Positions 30,377 through 43,791 of a DNA stretch of 64,000 bases are shown here, piece after piece. The notes below the pieces were generated by a model. That model saw only the letters and a program-made list of their open reading frames with translations. It ran no database searches and had not been told where the DNA came from. Both the position numbers and the translations under genes were made by a program. How positions within the stretch are numbered: position 1 is the first letter of the stretch; every line of letters starts with the position of its first letter. The DNA lies in the NCBI GenBank assembly GCA_965202785.1, contig OZ241855.1:992001-1056000 (forward strand). The letters are read 5' to 3'. Source of the DNA: Thermodesulfobacteriota bacterium (GTDB lineage: Bacteria; Desulfobacterota_D; UBA1144; Nemesobacterales; Nemesobacteraceae).

Positions 30377-31177
30377 ATGGGAAGAATAAAGGAAAAATTC
30401 CACGAACTTCGGGAGAAAAACAAAGCGGCTTTAATCTGCTATGTTACCGCCGGGGACCCTGATGTCGACTTGACCGAGCAGATCATTGATCACATGGAGG
30501 CAAGCGGTGTTGACATGGTGGAAATCGGCATACCCTTTTCGGACCCCATGGCGGACGGGCCGGTAATCCAGGCTGCTTCGGAACGGGCTCTTGCTAACTC
30601 GACATCCGTTTCCGACGTGCTTTCGCTTGTTAAAAGGATAAGGTCCCGCTCGGATATTCCCGTGATACTTTTCGGCTACTACAACCCTTTTTTCTCCTAT
30701 GGCACCGAGCGATTCGCACGCGACGCCCGCGAGGCGGGAGCGGACGGAGTTCTGGTCGTTGATCTTCCACCCGAGGAAGCTGGGGAACTGAGCATCCATG
30801 TTGAGCAGGAAGGGCTTGACCGAATCTTTCTGCTTGCCCCTACGAGTACCGAAGAAAGGATAGAGATGGTGTCGCAAAACGCCTCGGGTTTTATCTACGT
30901 GGTTTCGGTTACCGGGGTCACAGGAGCGCGTCCTGACATGGACTACGATCTCGAGGATCTGGTGGGAAGAATAAAGCGCCGCTCGGAGCTTCCCGTCGGG
31001 GTAGGTTTCGGGGTTTCCTCCGCGCGTCAGGCCGCCGCGATAGCCTCTTTTTCCGACGCTGTTATCGTGGGAAGCGCCCTTGTGAGAATAATCGAGAGCG
31101 GTGGAGAGGAGAGGCAGGAAATGCTGGGTAGGATTTCAAGCTTTACGGAGGAACTTAGCGCCGCCTGCTACAGGTAG
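30377..31177 (+). CDS. trpA: Tryptophan synthase alpha chain
   Basis: EIGIPFSDPMADGPVIQ, DLPPEE, GVTG, VGFG, IVGSA. Confidence 0.97.
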   Translation: MGRIKEKFHELREKNKAALICYVTAGDPDVDLTEQIIDHMEASGVDMVEIGIPFSDPMADGPVIQAASERALANSTSVSDVLSLVKRIRSRSDIPVILFGYYNPFFSYGTERFARDAREAGADGVLVVDLPPEEAGELSIHVEQEGLDRIFLLAPTSTEERIEMVSQNASGFIYVVSVTGVTGARPDMDYDLEDLVGRIKRRSELPVGVGFGVSSARQAAAIASFSDAVIVGSALVRIIESGGEERQEMLGRISSFTEELSAACYR

Positions 31178-31198
31178 ACGTTCTGAATTCCAGGTACG

Positions 31199-32515
31199 AT
31201 GAGTACGAACGGGGAAAGGCGATATATGTTCATCGGAGAATTTGACATTCTCCTGATGAGTCTTTTTAAGAACAGGGGCCAGGTAACAGAACTTGATTCT
31301 CCTGATGATGCGCTTAATCAGAAGGGAGTCTTTACGCTTATAGTTGTAAACAACGAATTTGCAACCAAGGAGTTTCTGAGATCTCTTGCTTACAGTTATC
31401 CCGAGAGCCCGATAGTTGTTTCCGCCGACGGTGAGCGGCGCAAGGACGGCTATATAGCGAGATATGTGAAATTCGATGAAGTTGCAACCAACCAGATATC
31501 CTTTGAGGAGAAGCTTGCGAGATCCGATATCTCCGTAAGACTGATAAGAGAGGTTCACCGCGACGCGAAGAAGCTTCTCATACTCGTTCATAACCAGCCT
31601 GACCCGGATGCGATCGCAAGCGCCATGGCCCTTCGGACCCTCCTTAGAAGAAACAAGAAAACGGCGACCATAGGATATCTGGGGGAGAGAATTTCAAGAC
31701 CCGAGAACGTGGCCATGGTGGAGCTTATGGACATAGACTTGCAGGTGATTTCCCAAAATGACATAAAAAATTTCAATTCCATAGCACTTGTTGATGTGCA
31801 GCCTTCTTATTTTAGAGGGGAGATTACAGATGTCGATTCGGTGATCGACCATCATCCGATAACCCCCGAGTGCGACGCGAAATTCACCGAGATAAGTTCC
31901 GAAGAAGGAGCCACCGCGACGATCATGACCCGGCTCCTCAGGGCCGCCCAGGTTGAGATTTCCGCAAAACTTTCAACCGCGCTTCTCTACGGAATAAAAA
32001 CCGACACCATGATTCTCAACAGGGGTGCGGATCTTGACGACCTAGAAGCGTTCACATATCTCTACAATCAGGCCGACTTGGGTTTGCTCAGGAAAATAGA
32101 GTCCAAAAACCTGTATTCAGAAGAGATCAAGCATTACGGCCAGGCGCTCTCAAAACACTGGATAAATGACGGAATAATTTTCATGAACTTGGGAAGGATA
32201 GAAAAGGAGCATCTTATTGCCCAGGTGGCTGACATGGGGATGAAGGTGGAGGGGGTCAGATGGTCTGTTGCCTTTGGGATTGTTTCCGGTTCCCATGTAG
32301 TTATGTCCGTAAGAAACAGCGGGTCCGTCAAGAGTGCCGGGCGTCTGCTTTTCGAGCTTTTTGACGAAATAGGAAGCGCCGGAGGACACAGATCCTACGC
32401 CAAGGCCGTGATTCCCATACAAGAAGTGAGGCAGCTCATAGGAAAGACCTCGCGCAAGAACATAGAGCAGTGGATCGATAGGGTATTTAGAACCGCAACT
32501 GCTCAGAACGTCTGA
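31199..32515 (+). CDS. DHH/DHHA1 phosphoesterase with extra N-terminal domain
   Basis: HNQPDPDAIASA, IALVD, VIDHH, GIKTDT, SVR, AGGH. Confidence 0.88.
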   Translation: MSTNGERRYMFIGEFDILLMSLFKNRGQVTELDSPDDALNQKGVFTLIVVNNEFATKEFLRSLAYSYPESPIVVSADGERRKDGYIARYVKFDEVATNQISFEEKLARSDISVRLIREVHRDAKKLLILVHNQPDPDAIASAMALRTLLRRNKKTATIGYLGERISRPENVAMVELMDIDLQVISQNDIKNFNSIALVDVQPSYFRGEITDVDSVIDHHPITPECDAKFTEISSEEGATATIMTRLLRAAQVEISAKLSTALLYGIKTDTMILNRGADLDDLEAFTYLYNQADLGLLRKIESKNLYSEEIKHYGQALSKHWINDGIIFMNLGRIEKEHLIAQVADMGMKVEGVRWSVAFGIVSGSHVVMSVRNSGSVKSAGRLLFELFDEIGSAGGHRSYAKAVIPIQEVRQLIGKTSRKNIEQWIDRVFRTATAQNV

Positions 32516-32585
32516 GGACGGAAGCCAACATTTTTTCCGCTGAACTTGGTTTTTCCCTTCCGCTTTTAAAGCTATATTAATTCCA

Positions 32586-32654
32586 ATGATAGCAAGTACC
32601 ATGTTAATCAAAGTGGATTTGCGATGGGCAGCTTGGTTTCCCAAGAGAAGATGA
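32586..32654 (+). CDS. Putative 22-aa leader peptide MIASTMLIKVDLRWAAWFPKRR
   Basis: ATG 7 nt after TATATT (32573); its stop overlaps the next ATG (ATGA 32651-32654). Confidence 0.35.
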   Translation: MIASTMLIKVDLRWAAWFPKRR

Positions 32655-33679
32655 AACTCAAGACGGCAATTCTGGGAGTTACGGGTTATGTCGGCCAGCA
32701 GCTTCTTTCCCTTCTGGCGCGCCACCCTAACATTGACCTGCGTGTGCTTACGTCTGAGAAGTTCTCGGGCAGGAGGGCGGATGAGGCGTTTCCGCATCTT
32801 TTGGGCTACTCGGATCTTATCCTAAGCCCAGTATCGAAAATTCCTGACTCAGAACGTGTGGATCTTCTGTTTTCCTGTCTTCCCGGGGGAACTTCTTGTG
32901 TTTTCGTGCGTAAGTTCCTTGAGAAAGGAGTAAGGGTGATCGATCTTAGCTCCGACTTAAGATTCCCTGACCCTGCTGACTACTCCCGGGCTCACGGCGT
33001 GGCGCCGCGCTTTCCCGAGCTTCTCTCACAGGCGGTCTACGGACTTAGCGAGCTTAACCGCGAGAAGATAAAAAACGCCCCGTTAGTCGCTAATGCGGGT
33101 TGCTACTCTACCTGCGTTTCTCTCGCCGTAGTGCCTTTTCTTCAAGAGCATGAAGTGGAACCCGATATTATAGTGGACGTAAAATCTTCTTTTTCGACTT
33201 CGGGACGAGCGCCGAAACCCGAGAGTCACTACACCGAGGTAAAAGAGGACGTATCCGCTCGTGGAGCTGGAGGGGATGACCAAAAACATGAGATTCTTCG
33301 CGTGCTCTACGATTTCTGCGGCGTGAAGAAAAAGCTCCTTTTCTTCAATACACGTATTCCGGTTAAGAGGGGGATAATGGCCACTTCGTATCTCAGGCTC
33401 CGCTCGGAGATCTCCCCCGATGAGGTAAGGGAATTTTACTCCGGATTCTACAGAGATGATGCTTTCGTCCGGGTCTGCGACGGGCCCCCTGGGATAGCGT
33501 CTGTTTCCGGTTCCAACTATATCTCTTTAGGTTTCTGTGAGAGAGAAGGGCACCTTGTCATCGTATCGGTTCTTGACAATCTAATGAAGGGGGCCGCGGG
33601 CCAGGCCGTTCAGAACATGAATATAGTCTTTGGATTTCCTGAGGACACTGGACTCGGACAAGTTCCCCTTTTCCCGTGA
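32651..33679 (+). CDS. argC: ArgC-family (N-acetyl-gamma-glutamyl-phosphate reductase-like) protein with divergent active site
   Basis: GVTGYVG, IDLSSDLR, AVYGLSE, ANAGCYST, DNLMKGAAGQAVQNMN; lacks SGxSGAG and HRH motifs, so the symbol denotes family only. Confidence 0.75.
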   Translation: MKLKTAILGVTGYVGQQLLSLLARHPNIDLRVLTSEKFSGRRADEAFPHLLGYSDLILSPVSKIPDSERVDLLFSCLPGGTSCVFVRKFLEKGVRVIDLSSDLRFPDPADYSRAHGVAPRFPELLSQAVYGLSELNREKIKNAPLVANAGCYSTCVSLAVVPFLQEHEVEPDIIVDVKSSFSTSGRAPKPESHYTEVKEDVSARGAGGDDQKHEILRVLYDFCGVKKKLLFFNTRIPVKRGIMATSYLRLRSEISPDEVREFYSGFYRDDAFVRVCDGPPGIASVSGSNYISLGFCEREGHLVIVSVLDNLMKGAAGQAVQNMNIVFGFPEDTGLGQVPLFP

Positions 33680-33686
33680 CGGGGCG

Positions 33687-35132
33687 ATGAGAAACTACTG
33701 CGAAATACTGTATTCAAATCTGGAGCGAAATCCCCGGGGAGCGGCCGTCTGGTATCAAGGAGAAATCTACAGTTACGCGCAGCTCTGCGACTTTGTTGAC
33801 GGTTTTTCCTCGTTTCTTTCCAAGCTGGGGGTGTCACGGGGGGACAAGGTATGCGTTTTCCTTCCCAATTCACTTTCTCTTGCCGTATCCGTTTTTTCGA
33901 TAGCAAGACTTGGAGCCGCCTGCGTTCCAATTGATAGCGCCTGCGGAACCGAAGAGATGAGACACTACCTTGAGTTCTCGAAGCCGCTCCTGATCGTTAC
34001 AGACGAATCTCTTGCGCATACCGTGAATACCGTTTCCGGAGGCATAACCACTGTTTGCGTGACCCGGGACAACTTTCTGGGTGACGCTCCCGCGGATCTG
34101 CCTGGAAATCATCCTTCGGAGAAAGCCATCTACCTTTTTTCCACGGGCTCAACCGGAAAGCCCAAGTGCGTTGCGAGAAGCCACACCAACATGATCGCCC
34201 TTGCCCAGAATCACACGGCCACAATAAACTGGGATAGCGGGGACAGAATTCTTTTTTCGATTCCAATATCGCATACCTATGGTCTCGGGAACTTCGTAAG
34301 CGCCGTAAGCGTCGGGGCCTGCTGTTATTTCCTCCCGAGGTTTACCAGAAAAGAGGTTCTCGGCGTGCTGGAAGAAGAACAGATAACCGTCTTTCCCGCC
34401 GTTCCATTCATGCTAGAGACTCTCGCTCGAAGCGTGAGCCGTGGTGATTATGATTTCCCGCAGCTAAAGCATGTTATTTCCGCCGGGGCTCCCTTGCCCG
34501 AGGAGACCTTTTTTTCCTTCCACAGGGCTTTCAGTGTCTACCCCCGCCAGCTCTACGGTTCATCTGAGACCGGGGTGATGGCAATTAATATCGCGGAAAA
34601 TATAGAGGAGAAGCGTCTTTCAGTCGGAGTACCGGTTGAAAACGTTGTTATAAAGGTGGTTTCGGAAACCGGGAACGAACTTCCAGTCGGGCAGATCGGC
34701 GAGATAATAATAAGGAGCCCTTCCATGACAGACGGCTACGTTGATTTTCCGGAAGAGACCAAGAGGGTTTTTGTCGACGGTTTTTACCACACCGGGGATC
34801 TCGGAATGTTCGACGGCGACGGGTATCTTTTCATTCGCGGAAGAAAGAAGCTTTTCATCAACATTTCTGGGAACAAGGTTGACCCGTTCGAAGTTGAAAA
34901 CCTGCTTATGACTCACGGGAAAATAACGGAAGCTGCCGTGATAGGAACCCCTGGAGCCCAGGGCAGAGAAGAGGTGAAGGCCTTTATCGTTGCGGATGGA
35001 CTCACAAGGCGGGAGGTTGTCGATTTCTGCAGGGGAAAAATTTCCGACTACAAGATCCCCGCGAAGATGGAATTTGTGGACGCACTTCCGAGAAGCCCGG
35101 CAGGCAAAGTGCTTAGGGAGAAGCTTAAGTGA
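33687..35132 (+). CDS. Class I adenylate-forming enzyme (acyl-CoA/acyl-ACP ligase)
   Basis: FSTGSTGKPK, YGSSETG, YHTGDLG, GRKK..INISGNKVDPFEVE, LPRSPAGKV. Confidence 0.92.
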   Translation: MRNYCEILYSNLERNPRGAAVWYQGEIYSYAQLCDFVDGFSSFLSKLGVSRGDKVCVFLPNSLSLAVSVFSIARLGAACVPIDSACGTEEMRHYLEFSKPLLIVTDESLAHTVNTVSGGITTVCVTRDNFLGDAPADLPGNHPSEKAIYLFSTGSTGKPKCVARSHTNMIALAQNHTATINWDSGDRILFSIPISHTYGLGNFVSAVSVGACCYFLPRFTRKEVLGVLEEEQITVFPAVPFMLETLARSVSRGDYDFPQLKHVISAGAPLPEETFFSFHRAFSVYPRQLYGSSETGVMAINIAENIEEKRLSVGVPVENVVIKVVSETGNELPVGQIGEIIIRSPSMTDGYVDFPEETKRVFVDGFYHTGDLGMFDGDGYLFIRGRKKLFINISGNKVDPFEVENLLMTHGKITEAAVIGTPGAQGREEVKAFIVADGLTRREVVDFCRGKISDYKIPAKMEFVDALPRSPAGKVLREKLK

Positions 35133-35389
35133 CCGAGCGAAAAGAAGTTCTTGGGGAAAAGATAAAGCGGCTTGTCATCGGCAAGTTCAATCTCGACATC
35201 AGTCCCCAGGATATATCGGCTGAGCAGTCGCTGATCGAACTTGGAGTTGGCGTCGATTCCGTTTCGACGCTCGAATTCATTATGGAGCTTGAAGAGGAAT
35301 TTGGGGTCTCAATTGACGAGTCCGAGATTCCCCCCGGAATTCTTGAGACCGTTGAGAGCCTCTCTGAGTTTATTCGCTCGCTTAAGTGA
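35129..35389 (+). CDS. Acyl/aryl carrier protein
   Basis: Acidic 86-aa protein with GVDSVSTLE phosphopantetheine motif and LEEEFGVSI; GTGA overlap with ligase stop. Confidence 0.88.
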   Translation: MTERKEVLGEKIKRLVIGKFNLDISPQDISAEQSLIELGVGVDSVSTLEFIMELEEEFGVSIDESEIPPGILETVESLSEFIRSLK

Positions 35390-35398
35390 TTTGTCCTT

Positions 35399-37138
35399 TT
35401 ATTTCTTGTAGAGGTTGGTTATCGGGAAGCGGCGGTCCTTTCCGAAAGCAAGCGACGTTATTTTTACCCCCGGGGCGCTCTGCCTTCTTTTATATTCGTT
35501 CATATTTACCATTCTGATTATTTTCCGCACTACGCTTCTTTTCTCCCCGAGCTTTACTATCTCTTCGACCCCGAGGCCGTCTTCCACGTAGGCTTTCAGT
35601 ATCCTGTCGAGCGTGTCGTATTCGGGAAGCGAGTCAGTATCTTTCTGGTCTGGGCGAAGTTCGGCTGAAGGGGGCTTTTCGATCACAGATTTCGGTATTA
35701 TTTGTTTTCCCCGCAGGCGGTTGTAATAATGAGAGAGTTCGTAAACCATGGCCTTGGGCACATCCTTTATCACCGCAAAGCCCCCTGACATGTCTCCGTA
35801 GAGGGTAGAATAGCCGACCGCGAGTTCACTTTTGTTCGATGTAGCAAGCACTAGCCACCCGAACTTGTTTGAAAGCGCCATGAGGATATTTCCTCTTATC
35901 CTCGCCTGAATGTTCTCTTCCGTTACGTCTGAATCCATTCCAGAGAAAAACTCGGCGAACATTTCCTCGTAGCATCTGAAAGTTTCTTCTATTGGAATGC
36001 TGAGAAGCTCGATTCCGAGATTGCGCGCGAGCTTTTTCGCGTCGGTGACGCTTCCCTTTGAACTGTACATTGAAGGCATGGAAACTCCGACGACTTTTGA
36101 GGGTCCGACGGCTTCTGTGGCAATGACGGCTGTAAGCGAAGAATCTATCCCGCCGCTTAACCCGAGCACCACCTTTTCAAAGCTGTTTTTTCTTATGTAA
36201 TCCCCGGTGCCGAGGACAAGTGCCGAGAAGGCGCATTTTAGAGGGTCTTCTGAAGGGTCGGCTTGTTTTCCCGGGATTTTCACTTTGCGCTTTGTTTTCG
36301 CAGGCTTAAGCGTGAATGTTTCCAGCTGGCTTTCCTCGAAGGAAAGCTCGTATCTCGTTTTTCTTATGGTCGGAGTGTTAAGCCTTGATTTGTAAACTCT
36401 CTCGGCGTTAACGTCGCAGACCAGCAGGTCTTCTTCGAAGTGTCGTGCGGTGGCGACGATCTTGCCTTTTTCGTCTATGAACATGCTGTTTCCGTCAAAC
36501 ACAAGCTCGTCCTGCCCGCCGACTATGTTGCAGTAGGCTATTATTGTGTTGTAGTCAACCGCCCTTGTGGCGAGCATCCTCTCCCTCGCCAGAGGTTTTC
36601 CCATGTAGTAGGGTGAAGCCGAGAGGTTGAATATGATCTGGGCGTTTCCTAACAGAACCTGGCTTCTTATGGGTTCTCCTGGGTACCATATGTCCTCGCA
36701 GATCGTGACCCCAAAAGTCATTTTCCCCATTGAGTAAACGGGAAACCGTCTTTCTGACTGGAAATAGCGGTTCTCGTCGAATACTCCATAGTTGGGAAGG
36801 CGAAGTTTGTGGTATACGTCTATTATCTCTTTTTTCTGGATTACGGCTGCTGAGTTGAATATGTCGTCCTTTTTATCGACAAAGCCCACTATGACGACCA
36901 TGTTATCCGGACAGTGCTTCTTTATTTCGTCAAGCGCCCGCATGTTGTCGTTGATGAATTCGGTTTTAAGAAGAAGATCCTCGGGAGGATAGCCGGTCAC
37001 GGCAAGCTCGGGGAAACACAAAATGTCTATATCGAGACCTCGCGCCGCCTCGATCACTTCGGTTATTTTCTTCGTGTTTCCGGTTATGTCCCCCACGCTC
37101 GGGTTGATCTGGGAGAGCCCGGCCCGTAACTGTTTCAT
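35399..37138 (-). CDS. nadE: Glutamine-dependent NAD+ synthetase
   Basis: FPEL..TGYPPEDL, LPNYGVFDE, ICEDIW, GLSGGIDS, ENIQARIRG, PPSAELRPDQKD. Confidence 0.96.
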   Translation of the reverse strand: MKQLRAGLSQINPSVGDITGNTKKITEVIEAARGLDIDILCFPELAVTGYPPEDLLLKTEFINDNMRALDEIKKHCPDNMVVIVGFVDKKDDIFNSAAVIQKKEIIDVYHKLRLPNYGVFDENRYFQSERRFPVYSMGKMTFGVTICEDIWYPGEPIRSQVLLGNAQIIFNLSASPYYMGKPLARERMLATRAVDYNTIIAYCNIVGGQDELVFDGNSMFIDEKGKIVATARHFEEDLLVCDVNAERVYKSRLNTPTIRKTRYELSFEESQLETFTLKPAKTKRKVKIPGKQADPSEDPLKCAFSALVLGTGDYIRKNSFEKVVLGLSGGIDSSLTAVIATEAVGPSKVVGVSMPSMYSSKGSVTDAKKLARNLGIELLSIPIEETFRCYEEMFAEFFSGMDSDVTEENIQARIRGNILMALSNKFGWLVLATSNKSELAVGYSTLYGDMSGGFAVIKDVPKAMVYELSHYYNRLRGKQIIPKSVIEKPPSAELRPDQKDTDSLPEYDTLDRILKAYVEDGLGVEEIVKLGEKRSVVRKIIRMVNMNEYKRRQSAPGVKITSLAFGKDRRFPITNLYKK

Positions 37139-37209
37139 CTGAAAATTATACTTGTAACCGCAGGATATTTCGAGAATTCTACGGCTTGCGGGCTTAAGGG
37201 AAACTCTGA

Positions 37210-37815
37210 TTAAGCAAGTCTAAAAGACAGGTAAATGATATTTGCGACGAAGTGAAAGAAAACACTTGACCAGATGTTTCCGGTTCTCATGTATAGATAT
37301 CCCATGACAAGCGAAGGGAAAAAGGTGAGGGCGTTCTGCGCGCAGTAACCCCCGCCGGAGAACACGCAGATCACGAGAAGATGCGCCAAGGCGAAAAGCA
37401 CGCTTGCCGCGATAATCGCGCCCCATCCGCCGCCGAGAGTTCTCTGAAGGTATCCCCTGAAGAAAAATTCCTCGGGAAACGCGATAACTAAAAGGTGTGT
37501 GAGCACAAAAAGCGCCGTCGGTTCAACGAACTTAACCGTTTTTCCCAAGTAGGCTGAAAGAAGGTATAGGAAGACTAGGTAAGAAAAAAGAACCGCAATG
37601 GAAATTACCGCTCCCCGAACCAGCCCCCGCGGATCGAACCTCAAAACGTCCACCGCACCGCGATCAAGCAGAAACGGGACCCAGAGCATGACCCCCGCCG
37701 AGAGCAAAAGGGCGTACTCACGGCCAATCGTAGCCTTTGAGATTATTATTGTTGCTATCACCACCCCGTAGGCGGCAAACGGTATCGCAAGATTTTTCGA
37801 AAGAAGTTGTTTCAC
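37210..37815 (-). CDS. CPBP family glutamic-type intramembrane protease
   Basis: EEFFFRG, FALAH, HFVAN motifs. Confidence 0.88.
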   Translation of the reverse strand: MKQLLSKNLAIPFAAYGVVIATIIISKATIGREYALLLSAGVMLWVPFLLDRGAVDVLRFDPRGLVRGAVISIAVLFSYLVFLYLLSAYLGKTVKFVEPTALFVLTHLLVIAFPEEFFFRGYLQRTLGGGWGAIIAASVLFALAHLLVICVFSGGGYCAQNALTFFPSLVMGYLYMRTGNIWSSVFFHFVANIIYLSFRLA

Positions 37816-37889
37816 GGAACCGGGTTTTTTCTTGAGCCGAGGTTCCGACTATAATACTTGAATATGGCGCAAAAGGAGTGTTTGTCTGC

Positions 37890-38675
37890 ATGGAAATCTC
37901 GAGAATAAGAAAACATCTTCAGGCGGAAAAGGTCGGCGACCAGCTTTTTGTCTTCAATGAGGTAGGTTCCACAAATGACGTCCTGCGTGAACTCATAGCG
38001 GAAGGCTCAGACGCGGATGGAACGGTGCTGGTTTCCGATTCGCAGACCGGGGGTAGGGGACGGCTTGGGCGAAAGTGGTTATCTCCCGGGGGAGTGAATC
38101 TTTATCTCTCCGCTTTGTTTCGCCCGGAGGTCTCCCCGCAGAAATCTTCCGTCTTTACCTTTCTTGCATCCTGCGCCCTTGTCGAGGTTTTCTCAGCTTA
38201 CGGAGTAGACGCCAAGATAAAGTGGCCGAACGATATTCTTGTCGGAGGGAAGAAAATTTCGGGGGTGCTCACGGAACTTGGGACCTCCGACGGCACTGTG
38301 GATTACCTCGTGATCGGCATCGGGGTTAATCTCAATTTGCCCGAGGAATTCATCCGCCGTGAAATGGAGGATATTTCGGAGAAAACTACCTCTCTTTCTA
38401 TACTCCTCGGAGAGGAAGTTAACAGAGAGAAGTTCTGCGCGGAGCTTATTAACGCCCTTGACCGGTTCTACGGGGAGTTTCGCCGCCGCGGGACACAGGT
38501 GATTGTAGATATGTGGGTCGAGAGGTGGGGGTTTATCGGAAAGGAGATATCCGTAGATGTCTTGGGGGAGATTATCAGCGGGGTTGTGGAGCGCGTCGAC
38601 GCAAACGGATTTCTTTATCTGAGAACAGATGTAGGCGACCTTCGCAAGGTGATTGCGGGAGATACCGTTTTTTAG
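37890..38675 (+). CDS. birA: Biotin-protein ligase, class I (no HTH)
   Basis: STN, QTGGRGRLGRKW, KWPNDI, KISGVL, GIGVN. Confidence 0.95.
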   Translation: MEISRIRKHLQAEKVGDQLFVFNEVGSTNDVLRELIAEGSDADGTVLVSDSQTGGRGRLGRKWLSPGGVNLYLSALFRPEVSPQKSSVFTFLASCALVEVFSAYGVDAKIKWPNDILVGGKKISGVLTELGTSDGTVDYLVIGIGVNLNLPEEFIRREMEDISEKTTSLSILLGEEVNREKFCAELINALDRFYGEFRRRGTQVIVDMWVERWGFIGKEISVDVLGEIISGVVERVDANGFLYLRTDVGDLRKVIAGDTVF

Positions 38676-39013
38676 AGAACCCCGATTATTTCGTGGCGAA
38701 GCCTGCGCATCAGGTCCATCCATTCATTTATCATCTCTTCGGTCTCGTCGCTCACGTCTTTTTTTATGACTATTCCGTAGACCCTGGGTTCTACGGCGCA
38801 TTTTCCGTATCTTTCCGCGACGATGGAGCCAAACCTGTAGAGTATCTCGAGGGCCTTTCTATCCTTTCCCTCGAACCTGCTCACAAGGACCATCTCGGAG
38901 GAAAAACCCTCGAATATCCTGTTCCACAAAGTTGCGCTTGACTCCATGTGAAAAGAGAGGATTATGCTTTCCGGGTCTTTTTCCCCTTTGATTTTTTCGG
39001 TATTAGCCTTCAT
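38672..39013 (-). CDS. Hypothetical protein (113 aa)
   Basis: AAGGAG SD before ATG; fills the birA-gltB gap; no recognised motif. Confidence 0.6.
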   Translation of the reverse strand: MKANTEKIKGEKDPESIILSFHMESSATLWNRIFEGFSSEMVLVSRFEGKDRKALEILYRFGSIVAERYGKCAVEPRVYGIVIKKDVSDETEEMINEWMDLMRRLRHEIIGVL

Positions 39014-39160
39014 CTCCTTTTGTTTATTATAACCACGGGCAGAGCGTGTGCGGAGTTTCGGATTTATGTTATAATTACCGGAAGGCGTCTGAAGAGGTTG
39101 CTTACGCCGCATTAGTTCTCACGTTGTTTTTTCATAAAAACACAACAGGCGGACAGTTAT

Positions 39161-43759
<4,599 letters not shown>

Positions 43760-43791
43760 CACGGAAGCTTTAACGGAGGAGAAGTTTTTCA

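Noticed and set aside
35129-37138. nadE as part of the ligase-ACP cluster
   Set aside because: It is convergent, has its own promoter and is a canonical two-domain housekeeping enzyme
37815-37847. CGGAACC-N19-GGTTCCG as a BirA operator
   Set aside because: This BirA lacks the DNA-binding domain and the repeat does not match bioO-type sites
37864-37908. 14-codon uORF after TATAAT overlapping the birA start
   Set aside because: birA has its own AAGGAG SD and the peptide has no notable codons, so it is likely chance. It also shows that such uORFs arise easily, which tempers the argC uORF claim
39080-39150. Possible glutamine riboswitch in the gltB leader
   Set aside because: Only weak hairpins; I could not match the glnA-motif consensus
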